IMG/VR virus record: IMGVR_UViG_3300037067_026422
From: a virus
Taxonomy: Duplodnaviria; Caudoviricetes
Reading direction: 5' to 3' (one strand)
Length of the DNA: 64,000 nucleotides
In this document: in pieces, positions 10,346-19,744 of the stretch
How positions within the stretch are numbered: position 1 is the first letter of the stretch
How the letters are laid out: every line of letters starts with the position of its first letter
Made by a program: the position numbers and the translations under genes
Notes under the pieces: model-generated
The model's input: only the letters and a program-made list of their open reading frames with translations
Database searches by the model: none
Told to the model about the DNA's origin: nothing

Positions 10346-10627
10346 ATGAATGCGGGGATATATTTGGAGGCTATGAAATTGAAGGACATTATCTTGTGCG
10401 AATGCGGAAATAAAACTTGGTTAGTCAATAATAACCATTTAGAGTGTACTTCCTGTAGTGCCAAAAAGGGACTCCCTGTGAGAGATATGCAAACAAGTCT
10501 TATAAAAGATATGGGTATCCCCCCTACTCTCCCCAATGCTATAGAGTTAGCACGTGCCCACCTTGATCGGCTACAAAGAACAAAAAAGATATTAGACCAA
10601 ATACAAAAGCTTATAGAATCGGAGTGA
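10346..10627 (+). CDS. Zn-ribbon hypothetical protein
   Basis: CECG and CTSC motifs. Confidence 0.6.
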   Translation: MNAGIYLEAMKLKDIILCECGNKTWLVNNNHLECTSCSAKKGLPVRDMQTSLIKDMGIPPTLPNAIELARAHLDRLQRTKKILDQIQKLIESE

Positions 10628-10631
10628 CTTT

Positions 10632-10970
10632 ATGAAAATGATAAAGAGTGTATTGGCAATAATGACTGTTTTGGTGACAGCTTTATTTGTACAGTGTGAG
10701 GCTCCCGGTGTATCTACTCAACGCCTGGGTGGTGGAGAGGGTACTTTGCCGGAAGTCTTAAAAGGTTTAAAAGTGTATTCTGTATCAATAGGAAGGGGGG
10801 AATATATAAATGTAGCCGTAATAAATAAGGAAATTAATTCTCTTACATATATAGAAGGAAAACAACCTAAATCTGTTATAATAGTAAAAAATTCTGGATA
10901 TGATCAGCATGAGATAAAAGTAAAAGAGATCCTTCTGGAAAATAACACAATTATAATAGCAAGAAAGTAA
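10632..10970 (+). CDS. Putative lipoprotein
   Basis: Basic N-terminus, hydrophobic stretch, then Cys (ALFVQC). Confidence 0.6.
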   Translation: MKMIKSVLAIMTVLVTALFVQCEAPGVSTQRLGGGEGTLPEVLKGLKVYSVSIGRGEYINVAVINKEINSLTYIEGKQPKSVIIVKNSGYDQHEIKVKEILLENNTIIIARK

Positions 10971-10973
10971 CTT

Positions 10974-11303
10974 ATGCTAATATATGATTTCCCCATCAAT
11001 ACCGAGAGCTTTGGTAGAAAATTTGATGGCATACCTATGCCTGAAGCACATAGTATCCTCCAGCCTATAGATCTGGATTATATAGTCTCTGTAGGCCCCA
11101 GATATTCTACATCTTATACTGGAAGTTGTGTGGGAGAAGCTCATGCTAATTTTACTATTTTTATAAAAATAGGGACTCCAATAACCATTACATATTACTC
11201 AGGAACAATTTACGATTTCCCTAAAGAACTATTAGACAAGTTTGAGACGGAAAGAAATAAACTAATACAAGCCTGGAAGAATAAAGATTTAGAAACAGAA
11301 TAG
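10974..11303 (+). CDS. Hypothetical protein, paralogue of 36585..36893
   Basis: Shared DLDYIVSVG, FT.[FY]IKIG.PI and ER.KLI.AW.NKD blocks. Confidence 0.75.
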   Translation: MLIYDFPINTESFGRKFDGIPMPEAHSILQPIDLDYIVSVGPRYSTSYTGSCVGEAHANFTIFIKIGTPITITYYSGTIYDFPKELLDKFETERNKLIQAWKNKDLETE

Positions 11304-11311
11304 GAGTATAT

Positions 11312-11587
11312 ATGTCTGAGCCGATCCAACTCAATAGTGTCCCTTTCAAAAATAAATATCCCACAGTTGTCATCAGAGTGAAAGAAATAAGCATCAGTGT
11401 TATCCTCGACGAAGAGCTTTCCATTCGCCATAAGACAATAACACACAATAAATTCTCTATAAATAATGGAGAATTCTTTGGCATAATACACAAAGGTCTT
11501 TCAGGACTAATAAAAAAAGACGAAAATTATAGATTCTGGTATGATATAAAAGACGCTATCGAGATACTGGGATTGGATACCCTATAG
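11312..11587 (+). CDS. Hypothetical protein
   Basis: AGGAG SD; in the operon run. Confidence 0.65.
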   Translation: MSEPIQLNSVPFKNKYPTVVIRVKEISISVILDEELSIRHKTITHNKFSINNGEFFGIIHKGLSGLIKKDENYRFWYDIKDAIEILGLDTL

Positions 11588-11588
11588 C

Positions 11589-11786
11589 ATGAAGGATTTT
11601 ATAGATATCGCAAAAAGAATGACAGAAGATGGTGTCACTTGGATGGAAATTATCCTTATAAGCTTTTTTATGGTAGGTGTCATACTGATATCCTTCACCG
11701 TGATAGCAGGAATCATATCTGTGATAGTAGAACTGACTAAGTCCATAATCATAGCCATAAACCGAGCAAAGAAGAATGACTATTGA
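11589..11786 (+). CDS. Small membrane protein
   Basis: Single long hydrophobic helix. Confidence 0.6.
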   Translation: MKDFIDIAKRMTEDGVTWMEIILISFFMVGVILISFTVIAGIISVIVELTKSIIIAINRAKKNDY

Positions 11787-12123
11787 AGCCAATAAAACCC
11801 TTTCCATACTGTCTACAGCCCTTATCCATGTCTTGGATATAGCCAGTGAAGGTAAAATACACGATAGTAAAGAAGTGGGTATAGTACACTCCACCATATC
11901 TAAAGACACATTCATTGTAGAGACGTGGCTTATTAAGTTCAATACTGAAACCTGTACCTTTTCAATATGTCAGGTCAATGATCCCCTATATGAAGATGGA
12001 ATGGTATTATACTGGGACATGAAGGACCCGAATAAGTTCATTAAGACAAACTTGTTCGGAGATAGAATTATAGATGAGGATGCTCTCAACGAGCCGCTAT
12101 CTGACTCCAAGGATATCTTTTAA
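11776..12123 (+). CDS. Hypothetical protein
   Basis: 115-aa ORF in the run. Confidence 0.6.
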   Translation: MTIEANKTLSILSTALIHVLDIASEGKIHDSKEVGIVHSTISKDTFIVETWLIKFNTETCTFSICQVNDPLYEDGMVLYWDMKDPNKFIKTNLFGDRIIDEDALNEPLSDSKDIF

Positions 12124-12126
12124 AAG

Positions 12127-12861
12127 ATGCTTATAAGAATCACCAATAAATGTCACATGGGTTGCTCCCATTGCATGATTGAAGCTCATCCTGAAGGCGA
12201 GCACATGCCTCTTGAGCTTTATAAGAAAGTAATTGAGTTCTCCACAAAGTTTGATCGATTCTTAATATTTTTGTCTGGAGGAGAACCTACTGAACATCCT
12301 GATTTTCTGGAATGTGCTCAGATAGCCAAATTCTATGTAAAACAAAATGAGGTAGCTACCGTCCTTGTCGCCTCCAATGGCATGTTCTTAGAAAACGATA
12401 AGTATACTGATGAGATATTAAGGCTTGATATTCCTATCCAGATCACCAATGACGATCGCTTTTACCCAAAACAAATCAAGAGAATAAGTCATCCTTTATT
12501 AAACTATGTGGATCGCTTGACTCTGGTATCCCCGATGGGAAAAGCTTTAAACACCCCCGAGTTCATAAGCAGACAATCTCCTATGTGCTTTAATTTAAGA
12601 TCCATAGCTATGCACACCCATAGTTTTATTGAAACCATAGAGTACCTAAGATCACGTATGAAAATGTGTACCCCCTCCATCAACATAGATGGGTCGGTAG
12701 TATCCGGAGAATCATCAAGCTGTTATAAGTTTGGAACGGTAGCGTCTACTGGTGAGGAACTGATGGAAGGACTTACAAAAATGCATTGTGGTAAATGCGG
12801 CTTATACAAAAATCTGCAGGGACAAGCTCGGAGCATATGGGATGTGATGGAGAATGTATGA
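12127..12861 (+). CDS. Radical SAM protein
   Basis: CHMGCSHC (CxxxCxxC), SGGEPT, SNG; Cys-rich SPASM/twitch-like C-terminus. Confidence 0.9.
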   Translation: MLIRITNKCHMGCSHCMIEAHPEGEHMPLELYKKVIEFSTKFDRFLIFLSGGEPTEHPDFLECAQIAKFYVKQNEVATVLVASNGMFLENDKYTDEILRLDIPIQITNDDRFYPKQIKRISHPLLNYVDRLTLVSPMGKALNTPEFISRQSPMCFNLRSIAMHTHSFIETIEYLRSRMKMCTPSINIDGSVVSGESSSCYKFGTVASTGEELMEGLTKMHCGKCGLYKNLQGQARSIWDVMENV

Positions 12862-13400
12862 AAAGTATCCTAACTTATTCGTTTGGTTTATTAGCTTTGA
12901 TATGGGTAGCCTTTTTTCTTGATACTGCCCTCATAAACGTTAGCTTTGCTAAAGAGTTTGGACTTATTCCAAGGACTACACATGGTCTTATAGGTATCTT
13001 TGGTATGACTTTTGCCCATGCCAATATATTTCATATCATCAGCAACTCTATACCACTACTGGTACTTATGATCTTAACAGGGGTATTTGTAAAAGGTAAC
13101 TTATCAGTAAATGTCATTATTACTACAATCATTGGGGGATCTATCCTATGGGTAATAGGTCGTGAATCCTATCATGTAGGTGCCAGTTTACTGGTTTATG
13201 GTCTTGCTGGGCTATTGGTATCCTACGGTATTTTCAGTAAAAAAGTTATCCCCGTAATAATATCCATTTTGGTCATATTCTTTTATGGAACCTCTTTCCT
13301 TATTGGTTTACTTCCTATTTTTCCGGGAGTCTCCTGGGAAGGACATCTAAGTGGGGCTATTGGTGGAATCCTTACCGCAAGACTAATCACAAAAAAGTAA
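12858..13400 (+). CDS. Rhomboid-family intramembrane serine protease
   Basis: Multiple TM helices; HANIFHIISN, HVGAS (catalytic Ser), SWEGHLSG (catalytic His). Confidence 0.85.
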   Translation: MKSILTYSFGLLALIWVAFFLDTALINVSFAKEFGLIPRTTHGLIGIFGMTFAHANIFHIISNSIPLLVLMILTGVFVKGNLSVNVIITTIIGGSILWVIGRESYHVGASLLVYGLAGLLVSYGIFSKKVIPVIISILVIFFYGTSFLIGLLPIFPGVSWEGHLSGAIGGILTARLITKK

Positions 13401-13436
13401 TATTTAACTATATGTCAATCTTAAAATAATAATGAG

Positions 13437-13829
13437 GTGCTATACATGAACATGCAGGAAATGGTACACACTAAAAATATTGGGGATGAGCTAAAATTCA
13501 AGCTATTAGATATAGTAAGACAAGAAAATGTTGTAGAAGAACTGATTAATTATATTATTGAGTTTACCCATAAAATCTCTGAATTGGATACGCTCATGGA
13601 TACCATAGGAGAGCTTAAGAGAGAGAACAAAAATTTTGAGTTTGAAGTCAATAGAAAAGATGGTACTATCCAAGAGCTTCGAGCTACCCTTAAAGAGCAG
13701 GAAAGAGCAAAAAGAATCAAAATAATGAAGTTTGATGATTATGTGACTAATTTCATTAATGGTAACAATCGCTACCCAAGCATAGACGAAACATGGAAAG
13801 CAGCCTGGAATGCTCGGAATATGCCATAA
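13437..13829 (+). CDS. Coiled-coil hypothetical protein
   Basis: Heptad-rich middle; WKAAW tail. Confidence 0.6.
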   Translation: MLYMNMQEMVHTKNIGDELKFKLLDIVRQENVVEELINYIIEFTHKISELDTLMDTIGELKRENKNFEFEVNRKDGTIQELRATLKEQERAKRIKIMKFDDYVTNFINGNNRYPSIDETWKAAWNARNMP

Positions 13830-13838
13830 AAAGAGTAG

Positions 13839-13867
13839 TTGTTCTACTGAGTTTAAAAAAGTATATT
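13839..13867 (+). promoter_or_regulatory. Sigma70-like promoter TTGTTC-17-TATATT
   Basis: TTGTTCTACTGAGTTTAAAAAAGTATATT; matches the element at 7159. Confidence 0.65.
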
Positions 13868-13900
13868 ATAGAAAGAAGAGATACTAACAAGGAAAAATTA

Positions 13901-14482
13901 ATGGCACATCTGGCTAAGATCCTGATCAGAAAAGATGCTACAGACCGATTGAAGAAACTTGCCGGTCAAACTATTGAATTCTTACCCGGACTCAATATGC
14001 TGGTGGGTGAAAATGGGATCGGGAAATCTGGAATACTTTATAACCTTACTAAGCCAAAAGATAGTAAGCATAGTATAAAACTGACCACTACAGGAGCAAT
14101 TTCATTTTTTCACTTCGATACAGAAAAAATGAATCCTCGGGTGAGTACTCCATCAGGCACTTCTTTTGAGTTCGGAGTAGTCTCACGATTCATGTCTCAT
14201 GGAGAATGTCTTATCAAAGTCCTTGAGCATTTTAAAGAACTGACCGCTTCAAAACAAAAAAGTTATCTTGTTGCAGTGGATGAACCTGAAGGGGGATTAT
14301 CTCCCTGGAAGCAAAAAGAACTTCTGGATATGTATATTAAGCAATCTAAAAGAATACAAATTATCATAGCTACCCATTCTTTGGTGTTCACCAAATCCAA
14401 AGTAGGAAGACTTATAGAGCTTTCCCCAAATGGAGTACAATATTTTGATCCTCCTTGTTCTTATGATTGGAGAGGTATATAA
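13901..14482 (+). CDS. Stand-alone ABC/SMC-type ATPase (AAA_21-like)
   Basis: Walker A GENGIGKS, signature SHGE, Walker B AVDEPE, H-loop IIATHS. Confidence 0.85.
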   Translation: MAHLAKILIRKDATDRLKKLAGQTIEFLPGLNMLVGENGIGKSGILYNLTKPKDSKHSIKLTTTGAISFFHFDTEKMNPRVSTPSGTSFEFGVVSRFMSHGECLIKVLEHFKELTASKQKSYLVAVDEPEGGLSPWKQKELLDMYIKQSKRIQIIIATHSLVFTKSKVGRLIELSPNGVQYFDPPCSYDWRGI

Positions 14483-14688
14483 TGGAACAGCTAATTTTGG
14501 CTCTTCAAATTTTTTTAAAGTATGGGAACCCCTCACGTCCGACAAATTGTGATCATGATGAGCTGACTATCTGTGGGATTTCTCCAGATGATGTCTCTGA
14601 AGAAGATAAGAAAAAATTAGCAGAATTCGGATTTTTTGTTTCCGAAAGCGATAACTGTTTCAAATCTTTCAAGTACGGAAGTGCCTGA
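14482..14688 (+). CDS. Small phage hypothetical protein
   Basis: TAATG coupling; GGAGAGG SD. Confidence 0.65.
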   Translation: MEQLILALQIFLKYGNPSRPTNCDHDELTICGISPDDVSEEDKKKLAEFGFFVSESDNCFKSFKYGSA

Positions 14689-14696
14689 CACTTGCT

Positions 14697-14882
14697 ATGA
14701 AAAAATCAGATAGTATAAGTAGAAAACTTAAAGGTATCGAAAAAAAGTTAGCATCAGATACCCTGGATATGATGTCCAAATATGGTATAAAGTCAATTCA
14801 ATTTGGAAGCCGCTCAATATCAAAAGATAAAAAAGAAGTAATAGAGATTCGGAAAATATCTATGCCAAAAAATAAAGAATGA
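14697..14882 (+). CDS. Small basic hypothetical protein
   Basis: 61-aa ORF in the run. Confidence 0.5.
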   Translation: MKKSDSISRKLKGIEKKLASDTLDMMSKYGIKSIQFGSRSISKDKKEVIEIRKISMPKNKE

Positions 14883-14998
14883 AGGTAAAGCAACAGACAG
14901 TGGCTGTGCCCATGCCATAAAGCATAAACCAAGCAAATGGTGCAGGATATCCGACAAGCCCTACCTGCGTATATACATCAGATAAAGAAAGGTAAAAT

Positions 14999-15307
14999 AT
15001 GCTTAAACAATCCGTTACTCCCCAGGAAGTTTGCGATCTCCTCAACGAATTTCTGAAGTTAGACTGCAGTTGTGCCCAAAGACTATTATCCCATCATGAG
15101 GTTTGTAATGTACCAGTAGCCAACCATCCGACAATCCAAGTTCAAATGTACTACTATAATGAAGAACCCCCAAAGGTAGGTATCGTGGGAATTCTTAACG
15201 GGCTGTTTGGTACCTCTGAAAATGGAATGGGTGCTCTATGCTATGAGATAGATGGTAATGGTACAATCCTGGGTTTTAAGCTGACCCCATCCCCTAACAA
15301 AGAATAG
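14999..15307 (+). CDS. Hypothetical protein
   Basis: HPTIQV and VGIVGILNG motifs; AAGG SD. Confidence 0.65.
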   Translation: MLKQSVTPQEVCDLLNEFLKLDCSCAQRLLSHHEVCNVPVANHPTIQVQMYYYNEEPPKVGIVGILNGLFGTSENGMGALCYEIDGNGTILGFKLTPSPNKE

Positions 15308-15320
15308 ATCGGTAACATGA

Positions 15321-15662
15321 ATGAAACATTTTATGACACGCTATCATATAACACCTGAAATTTACAATGACCTTAAAATAAAAGTACTAACAGGTAAATA
15401 TGTTCAAGCGGTAAAAGAATTCAAGGACTTGGCAGGGATCTCCCTTATGGACTCCCGAGCAGCCCTACTCTCCGAGTTTAAGCTGGAATACAAGCTCAGT
15501 AGCGATATGACACTATACGCTTGTATCCAGCGAATAGAGGCTTATGAAGGAATCAATAATCTTCCTGTCGCCAGTGACCTCGGAGTCCTCCTGGAATTCG
15601 CCAGAAATCAACTATGTCAGGGATTAAATAGTAATAACCAAGGACAAATATGTCAAAAATAA
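15321..15662 (+). CDS. Hypothetical protein with L7/L12-CTD-like AVK..K..AGISL motif
   Basis: VQAVKEFKDLAGISLMDSR. Confidence 0.5.
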   Translation: MKHFMTRYHITPEIYNDLKIKVLTGKYVQAVKEFKDLAGISLMDSRAALLSEFKLEYKLSSDMTLYACIQRIEAYEGINNLPVASDLGVLLEFARNQLCQGLNSNNQGQICQK

Positions 15663-15952
15663 ATACACGAGTAGGAGCTATCCTGGGAGCCGGAAAAGAT
15701 ACGGTAGAATTCTTGGGATATGGTGTTTATGTTGGGGACTTTGTACCCACAGAAGCTGCCGGAGATATGGGAAAAATGCTGGCAGAAGCAGAGATCCCTA
15801 ATCCTAAAATAGTCCTGGATTCTGGAAAGATAGTTTATGGCTGTGAATGCTGGTGGGGGTCTGAAGAAGCTGTGCAAAAGAAATTAGCAGGATATAAGAC
15901 TGTCACTGAAGTTGATATCGATGAGATAAGAAAGAAATTCCCCCAATCCTGA
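15650..15952 (+). CDS. Phage hypothetical protein
   Basis: NPKIVLDSGKIVYGCECWW motif. Confidence 0.7.
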   Translation: MSKINTRVGAILGAGKDTVEFLGYGVYVGDFVPTEAAGDMGKMLAEAEIPNPKIVLDSGKIVYGCECWWGSEEAVQKKLAGYKTVTEVDIDEIRKKFPQS

Positions 15953-15965
15953 ACTGAGTAGAAAT

Positions 15966-16688
15966 ATGAAATCATCATGTGAAATGGAACAGGCTCTTCA
16001 ACAATTCGCAGCAACCGGTCTGATCCAGCCTAAAACAGAGAACAACCAATACCTCAAGGTAGCTTACAAAGGTACAGGATTCCCTATATCTGAAAAATGG
16101 AACGTCAAAATATATACATCAGGATCAGTCGTAACTACCGATTCTAAAACTCTGTTGGATATTAGCTCAGGCAAATTCAAAGCCCCCAATACAAATCTCA
16201 AACTTATACAGATCGATGATGCAGGTTTTGGATTTCCCTTATGTGGAATAATGATTGGAATTTATGATGGAGAAAAGATATATACCGATACCTTGGATGC
16301 AAAGCTATTTCAAGGTATCGCCTACGAATCAAAACAGTATGTTAAAGAATACACCCGAAAGGGTCTTGAGATAATAAAAAAACTCGGGATAACAAAAGAA
16401 ACCCATCGAATAGAAATTTGCAGTGGTTTTATAAACAAGAATATCAAAGACCAATTAAGAGAACTTGGGTTCGAGGTCATCATAGCAGACATCAAAGGTC
16501 CGCTTCAAGATCAACTTGAACTTTTGTTCAAACAACATATCTTGGATAAAACTGGAGAAGATCTCGCCTATGATATAAAAATGATTAAAAATAGTGAAAT
16601 TTCTATGTATTACTACAGGGCTTTAGAATGGGGTAAAAAGTTCGCTCCTCATCTTCTTAAAACAGGATGGAAGGCTCTCCAGCAATGA
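15966..16688 (+). CDS. RNase HII/HIII-like nuclease
   Basis: N-terminal VKIYTSGSVV (TBP-like domain of RNase HIII), then IQIDDAGFGFPLCG (DE.G.G-type catalytic strand). Confidence 0.55.
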   Translation: MKSSCEMEQALQQFAATGLIQPKTENNQYLKVAYKGTGFPISEKWNVKIYTSGSVVTTDSKTLLDISSGKFKAPNTNLKLIQIDDAGFGFPLCGIMIGIYDGEKIYTDTLDAKLFQGIAYESKQYVKEYTRKGLEIIKKLGITKETHRIEICSGFINKNIKDQLRELGFEVIIADIKGPLQDQLELLFKQHILDKTGEDLAYDIKMIKNSEISMYYYRALEWGKKFAPHLLKTGWKALQQ

Positions 16689-16990
16689 CTCCCAACTTCG
16701 AAGCTTTTGATAAGAACTATTCTGTTGAAGAATATCAGGAATTAGAGAACTATATGGGATTAACTATCCCAGGACTCGTATTGAAGCTATTTCGACAAAA
16801 TCGACTGAGTGAATTAAGAAGAGATGATGGGAAGATATATAGATGCATCTCTGAATATCTATTTTACGATGCTATAACCTCTTTTAATTTTATGTATGTC
16901 ATACAGTTTAAGCATTTGCCTCTCCATATCAATATAAAAGATTTTAATGTCCATAAAATTATCGCTTGGAGATTAAAAATTAATAAATAA
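16685..16990 (+). CDS. PLYIN-WRL family paralogue 4
   Basis: YSVEEYQEL ... LPLHINIKDFNVHKIIAWRLKINK*; ATGA overlap. Confidence 0.8.
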   Translation: MTPNFEAFDKNYSVEEYQELENYMGLTIPGLVLKLFRQNRLSELRRDDGKIYRCISEYLFYDAITSFNFMYVIQFKHLPLHINIKDFNVHKIIAWRLKINK

Positions 16991-17015
16991 TTCATTCTTT
17001 TAATGTATAAATATA

Positions 17016-17044
17016 TTGACCTTTTTTATAATAAATTATATATT
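17016..17044 (+). promoter_or_regulatory. Sigma70-like promoter TTGACC-17-TATATT
   Basis: Near-consensus -35/-10 with 17-nt spacer, followed by AGGAG SD and ATG 17072. Confidence 0.7.
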
Positions 17045-17071
17045 GTACACACGCTCAGGAGATATTTTTAT

Positions 17072-17440
17072 ATGAGATTAGTGCAAATAGATGACTATGT
17101 AAGAAATGAAGTAATAAAGGTAAAGCAATATGCCCTGGAGCATCCTTTTGGTGTTAAGCAGGCTGAGGCTGTTCTTGCTGGCACCTCTCTTCCTGTAGGG
17201 GATAATCCTGATCATGTCGTACATATACATGATGGAATAAGAGCAGTTTATTCAGTTGATATACATAATGACAAGAAATATCATCATCTATCCTTATCCT
17301 CTGAAACAGGATACCCTGGAATCCCTGAAGCAGAAATGGTCCTGGAAGTGTTTGGCATGGGTACGTCGGTGCAAAATCTTGAAAGTGTATGGATAGAAGA
17401 AAATATGAGAGCAATAAACTTCCTTAAGGAGTTCGAATGA
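17072..17440 (+). CDS. Hypothetical protein (HLS[LV]S motif)
   Basis: AGGAG SD; HHLSLS..YP motif. Confidence 0.7.
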   Translation: MRLVQIDDYVRNEVIKVKQYALEHPFGVKQAEAVLAGTSLPVGDNPDHVVHIHDGIRAVYSVDIHNDKKYHHLSLSSETGYPGIPEAEMVLEVFGMGTSVQNLESVWIEENMRAINFLKEFE

Positions 17441-17622
17441 AAAGAATCTATCAAATTGAAACAGAGAGCCCTGATTCGACTGATATTGAGACCATGAAAG
17501 AATCTGTATCCACAGCGCTCACTAAAGCGGGTATCTCTCATAGAATAAAATTTAAAAGTAACCTATCTTTCGAAGAACAAGATAGATATGAAGAGTGGGA
17601 AGATCACATGGCAGCGGGGTAA
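17437..17622 (+). CDS. Small hypothetical protein
   Basis: AAGGAG SD; ATGA overlap. Confidence 0.6.
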   Translation: MKRIYQIETESPDSTDIETMKESVSTALTKAGISHRIKFKSNLSFEEQDRYEEWEDHMAAG

Positions 17623-17623
17623 A

Positions 17624-18556
17624 ATGAACAATAACATCCAAGACTTACAGAAGGAAATCAACCGAACGTATATGAATATTTTCGGGAGAACTCCTCTCAG
17701 ACAGCGCCTCAAGGACATCAATAAAGAGGCTACAGAGCTTGATCGGTATACTGACCTGAAGAGCTTAAAGGGAGAGGCAGGAGATCTTCTTACGACCCTT
17801 ATCCAGCTCTGTAATGAGAATGAATGGTCTGTTGAAGAACTCATCGAAGCCAATCTAAAAAAGATCAGGAAGCGCAAGAATCAATACAAAGCACTTGGGA
17901 GAAAAATCCAAGTGGCTATACTTGGATTAGCAGCTAACCCCCCTACTCTGGGGCATATCCAGGTAGCTAAACTCGTATTAGATCAAAGCATGCTTTTTGA
18001 CGAAGTTCATCTATTGCCTTGCTTCGAACATGTCTACAATAAAGAACTGGTCTCCCCAACACACCGTCTTGAAATGTGCCGTCTGGCTGCAGCAGTAGAT
18101 GGAAGAATTAAAGTTCTTGATTATGAGATAACAAATAAGCTTAGAGGAGAGACATATAATCTTGCTAAAAGGCTTATCGAGGACAAAAAGTATAGTGATA
18201 CACATTCGTTTTCGTTTATCATCGGGCTTGATAATGCAAATACATTTGACAAATGGGTCAACTACGAAGAACTGGAAAAGCTCGTACGATTTATAGTAAT
18301 CCCGCGTACTGGTGAAAAACCAAAAAAGGGGGTAAACTGGTATCTTAAACCTCCTCATGTCTATATAGAACCTGATGAGCCTCTCATGGAAATATCCTCT
18401 ACAGAGGTTAGAAAAAGCCTACAGAATCTCTATGAAAGCCCTGCAGGAGTCCAATTCAATAAATTCCTGGAAGATAAGGACAGAGCCTTTAATTGGGGGC
18501 TGCACCCAAAAGTCATGAAGTACATCCTGAACAACAGGCTATATGAGAGTAAATAA
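17624..18556 (+). CDS. nadD: MazG-like NTP pyrophosphatase fused to nicotinate/nicotinamide mononucleotide adenylyltransferase
   Basis: N-terminal KEATEL..GEAGDLL (MazG-like); NPPTLGH (T/HxGH), IIGLDN, ISSTEVR. Confidence 0.85.
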   Translation: MNNNIQDLQKEINRTYMNIFGRTPLRQRLKDINKEATELDRYTDLKSLKGEAGDLLTTLIQLCNENEWSVEELIEANLKKIRKRKNQYKALGRKIQVAILGLAANPPTLGHIQVAKLVLDQSMLFDEVHLLPCFEHVYNKELVSPTHRLEMCRLAAAVDGRIKVLDYEITNKLRGETYNLAKRLIEDKKYSDTHSFSFIIGLDNANTFDKWVNYEELEKLVRFIVIPRTGEKPKKGVNWYLKPPHVYIEPDEPLMEISSTEVRKSLQNLYESPAGVQFNKFLEDKDRAFNWGLHPKVMKYILNNRLYESK

Positions 18557-18607
18557 AATAAGCAGTGTACCTATTATACCTTTACTAATATAAAAAGGAG
18601 CCTCTAA

Positions 18608-19318
18608 ATGCGTACAGATGAAGCACTCGCTATGCTAAAGAAACAAGGAGAAAAAGGCATTTCTACTGAGGAGTTTGGAAAAAAGTTTGGATTTCAAAAT
18701 CCGGGCAGTATCAGCAAAACCATAGGTCAGCTTAGAGCTACGGGATATGATATCACATATAACAAAGATAACGCTGTATATGTCCTGAAAAACAATAAAG
18801 CGGATACAGTAGAGTCTGCTTCTGTCACACCTATTGAAGAGGAACCCAAAAAAGATGCTTCAACCCCCAGTACCTATGCTACCAAAAAAGAATTAATCCT
18901 TGAGGCTCTTCTTGAAGCAGGTAAAGAAGGGGCAAATGTAGAATATCTGGCTAAGATGTCCGGAGTAAATCAAAAAAATGTTTGTTTTCATGTTCATTCC
19001 CTTCGTAAGATAGATGGTTGTAAGATATCTATGATAGAGGGTAGATATATCCTGAAAAACCGTCCTAAGAAACCTTCTGCACTTCAACAATTTCCCTCTG
19101 ATGTGGTCCCTCCTGAAATAGAGGGCAGGGCCAGCATTGAAGAGTTATTCTCAAGTATAAGTGATCGAAGTCTTATCGCTGGAATCAATAAGATAAACCC
19201 TGAAGATCGCCGATCCTATCTGGAACTTCTCAAAAAAGTCATCTATTACAAGAAGTGTGCATTAAGCATGCTTGAGACTACAAATATAATTAACTCTATC
19301 AATGTGGGGGTCATCTAA
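18608..19318 (+). CDS. Double winged-HTH DNA-binding protein
   Basis: Two BirA/HTH_11-like repeats (ISKTIGQLRATGYDI; VCFHVHSLRKIDGCKI). Confidence 0.7.
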   Translation: MRTDEALAMLKKQGEKGISTEEFGKKFGFQNPGSISKTIGQLRATGYDITYNKDNAVYVLKNNKADTVESASVTPIEEEPKKDASTPSTYATKKELILEALLEAGKEGANVEYLAKMSGVNQKNVCFHVHSLRKIDGCKISMIEGRYILKNRPKKPSALQQFPSDVVPPEIEGRASIEELFSSISDRSLIAGINKINPEDRRSYLELLKKVIYYKKCALSMLETTNIINSINVGVI

Positions 19319-19743
19319 TGGCTATCCAGTCCAGGACAAAAGATATGTATAAAAAAGTCCAGACTCTTCTTACCGAAAACCAGTATATGTTCGCGGACCA
19401 ACTTGCTGTTAAGTGCAAGCTATCTGCAGCTTCCATATACAGACTCATACGTCTCATGCGTATGTCCGGGATTGGTATCCAACCCACCCCTAAAGGGTAC
19501 ACACTTTCTGAATTTGCACATAAATCTGATGATACTCATTTTCTTCGTAGACTCAACGGTCGCCGGGTATCAGACTTTGTGGCTATTAATGCTGCAGCCC
19601 CCTATATCAAAAAGCGTTGGAGCGGTGTGGAAGATAAACGTCAAATAAATCTTATACTTGGTCCCCTTATGGCAGGGTCTGAGCTGGAGTTCAGTCAAGG
19701 ACTGGAGGCAATCAAAGCCATAGAAGACAGGCATGGCTTATAA
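19318..19743 (+). CDS. Winged-HTH protein
   Basis: LAVKCKLSAASIYRLIRLMRMSGIGI..KGY. Confidence 0.7.
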   Translation: MAIQSRTKDMYKKVQTLLTENQYMFADQLAVKCKLSAASIYRLIRLMRMSGIGIQPTPKGYTLSEFAHKSDDTHFLRRLNGRRVSDFVAINAAAPYIKKRWSGVEDKRQINLILGPLMAGSELEFSQGLEAIKAIEDRHGL

Positions 19744-19744
19744 G

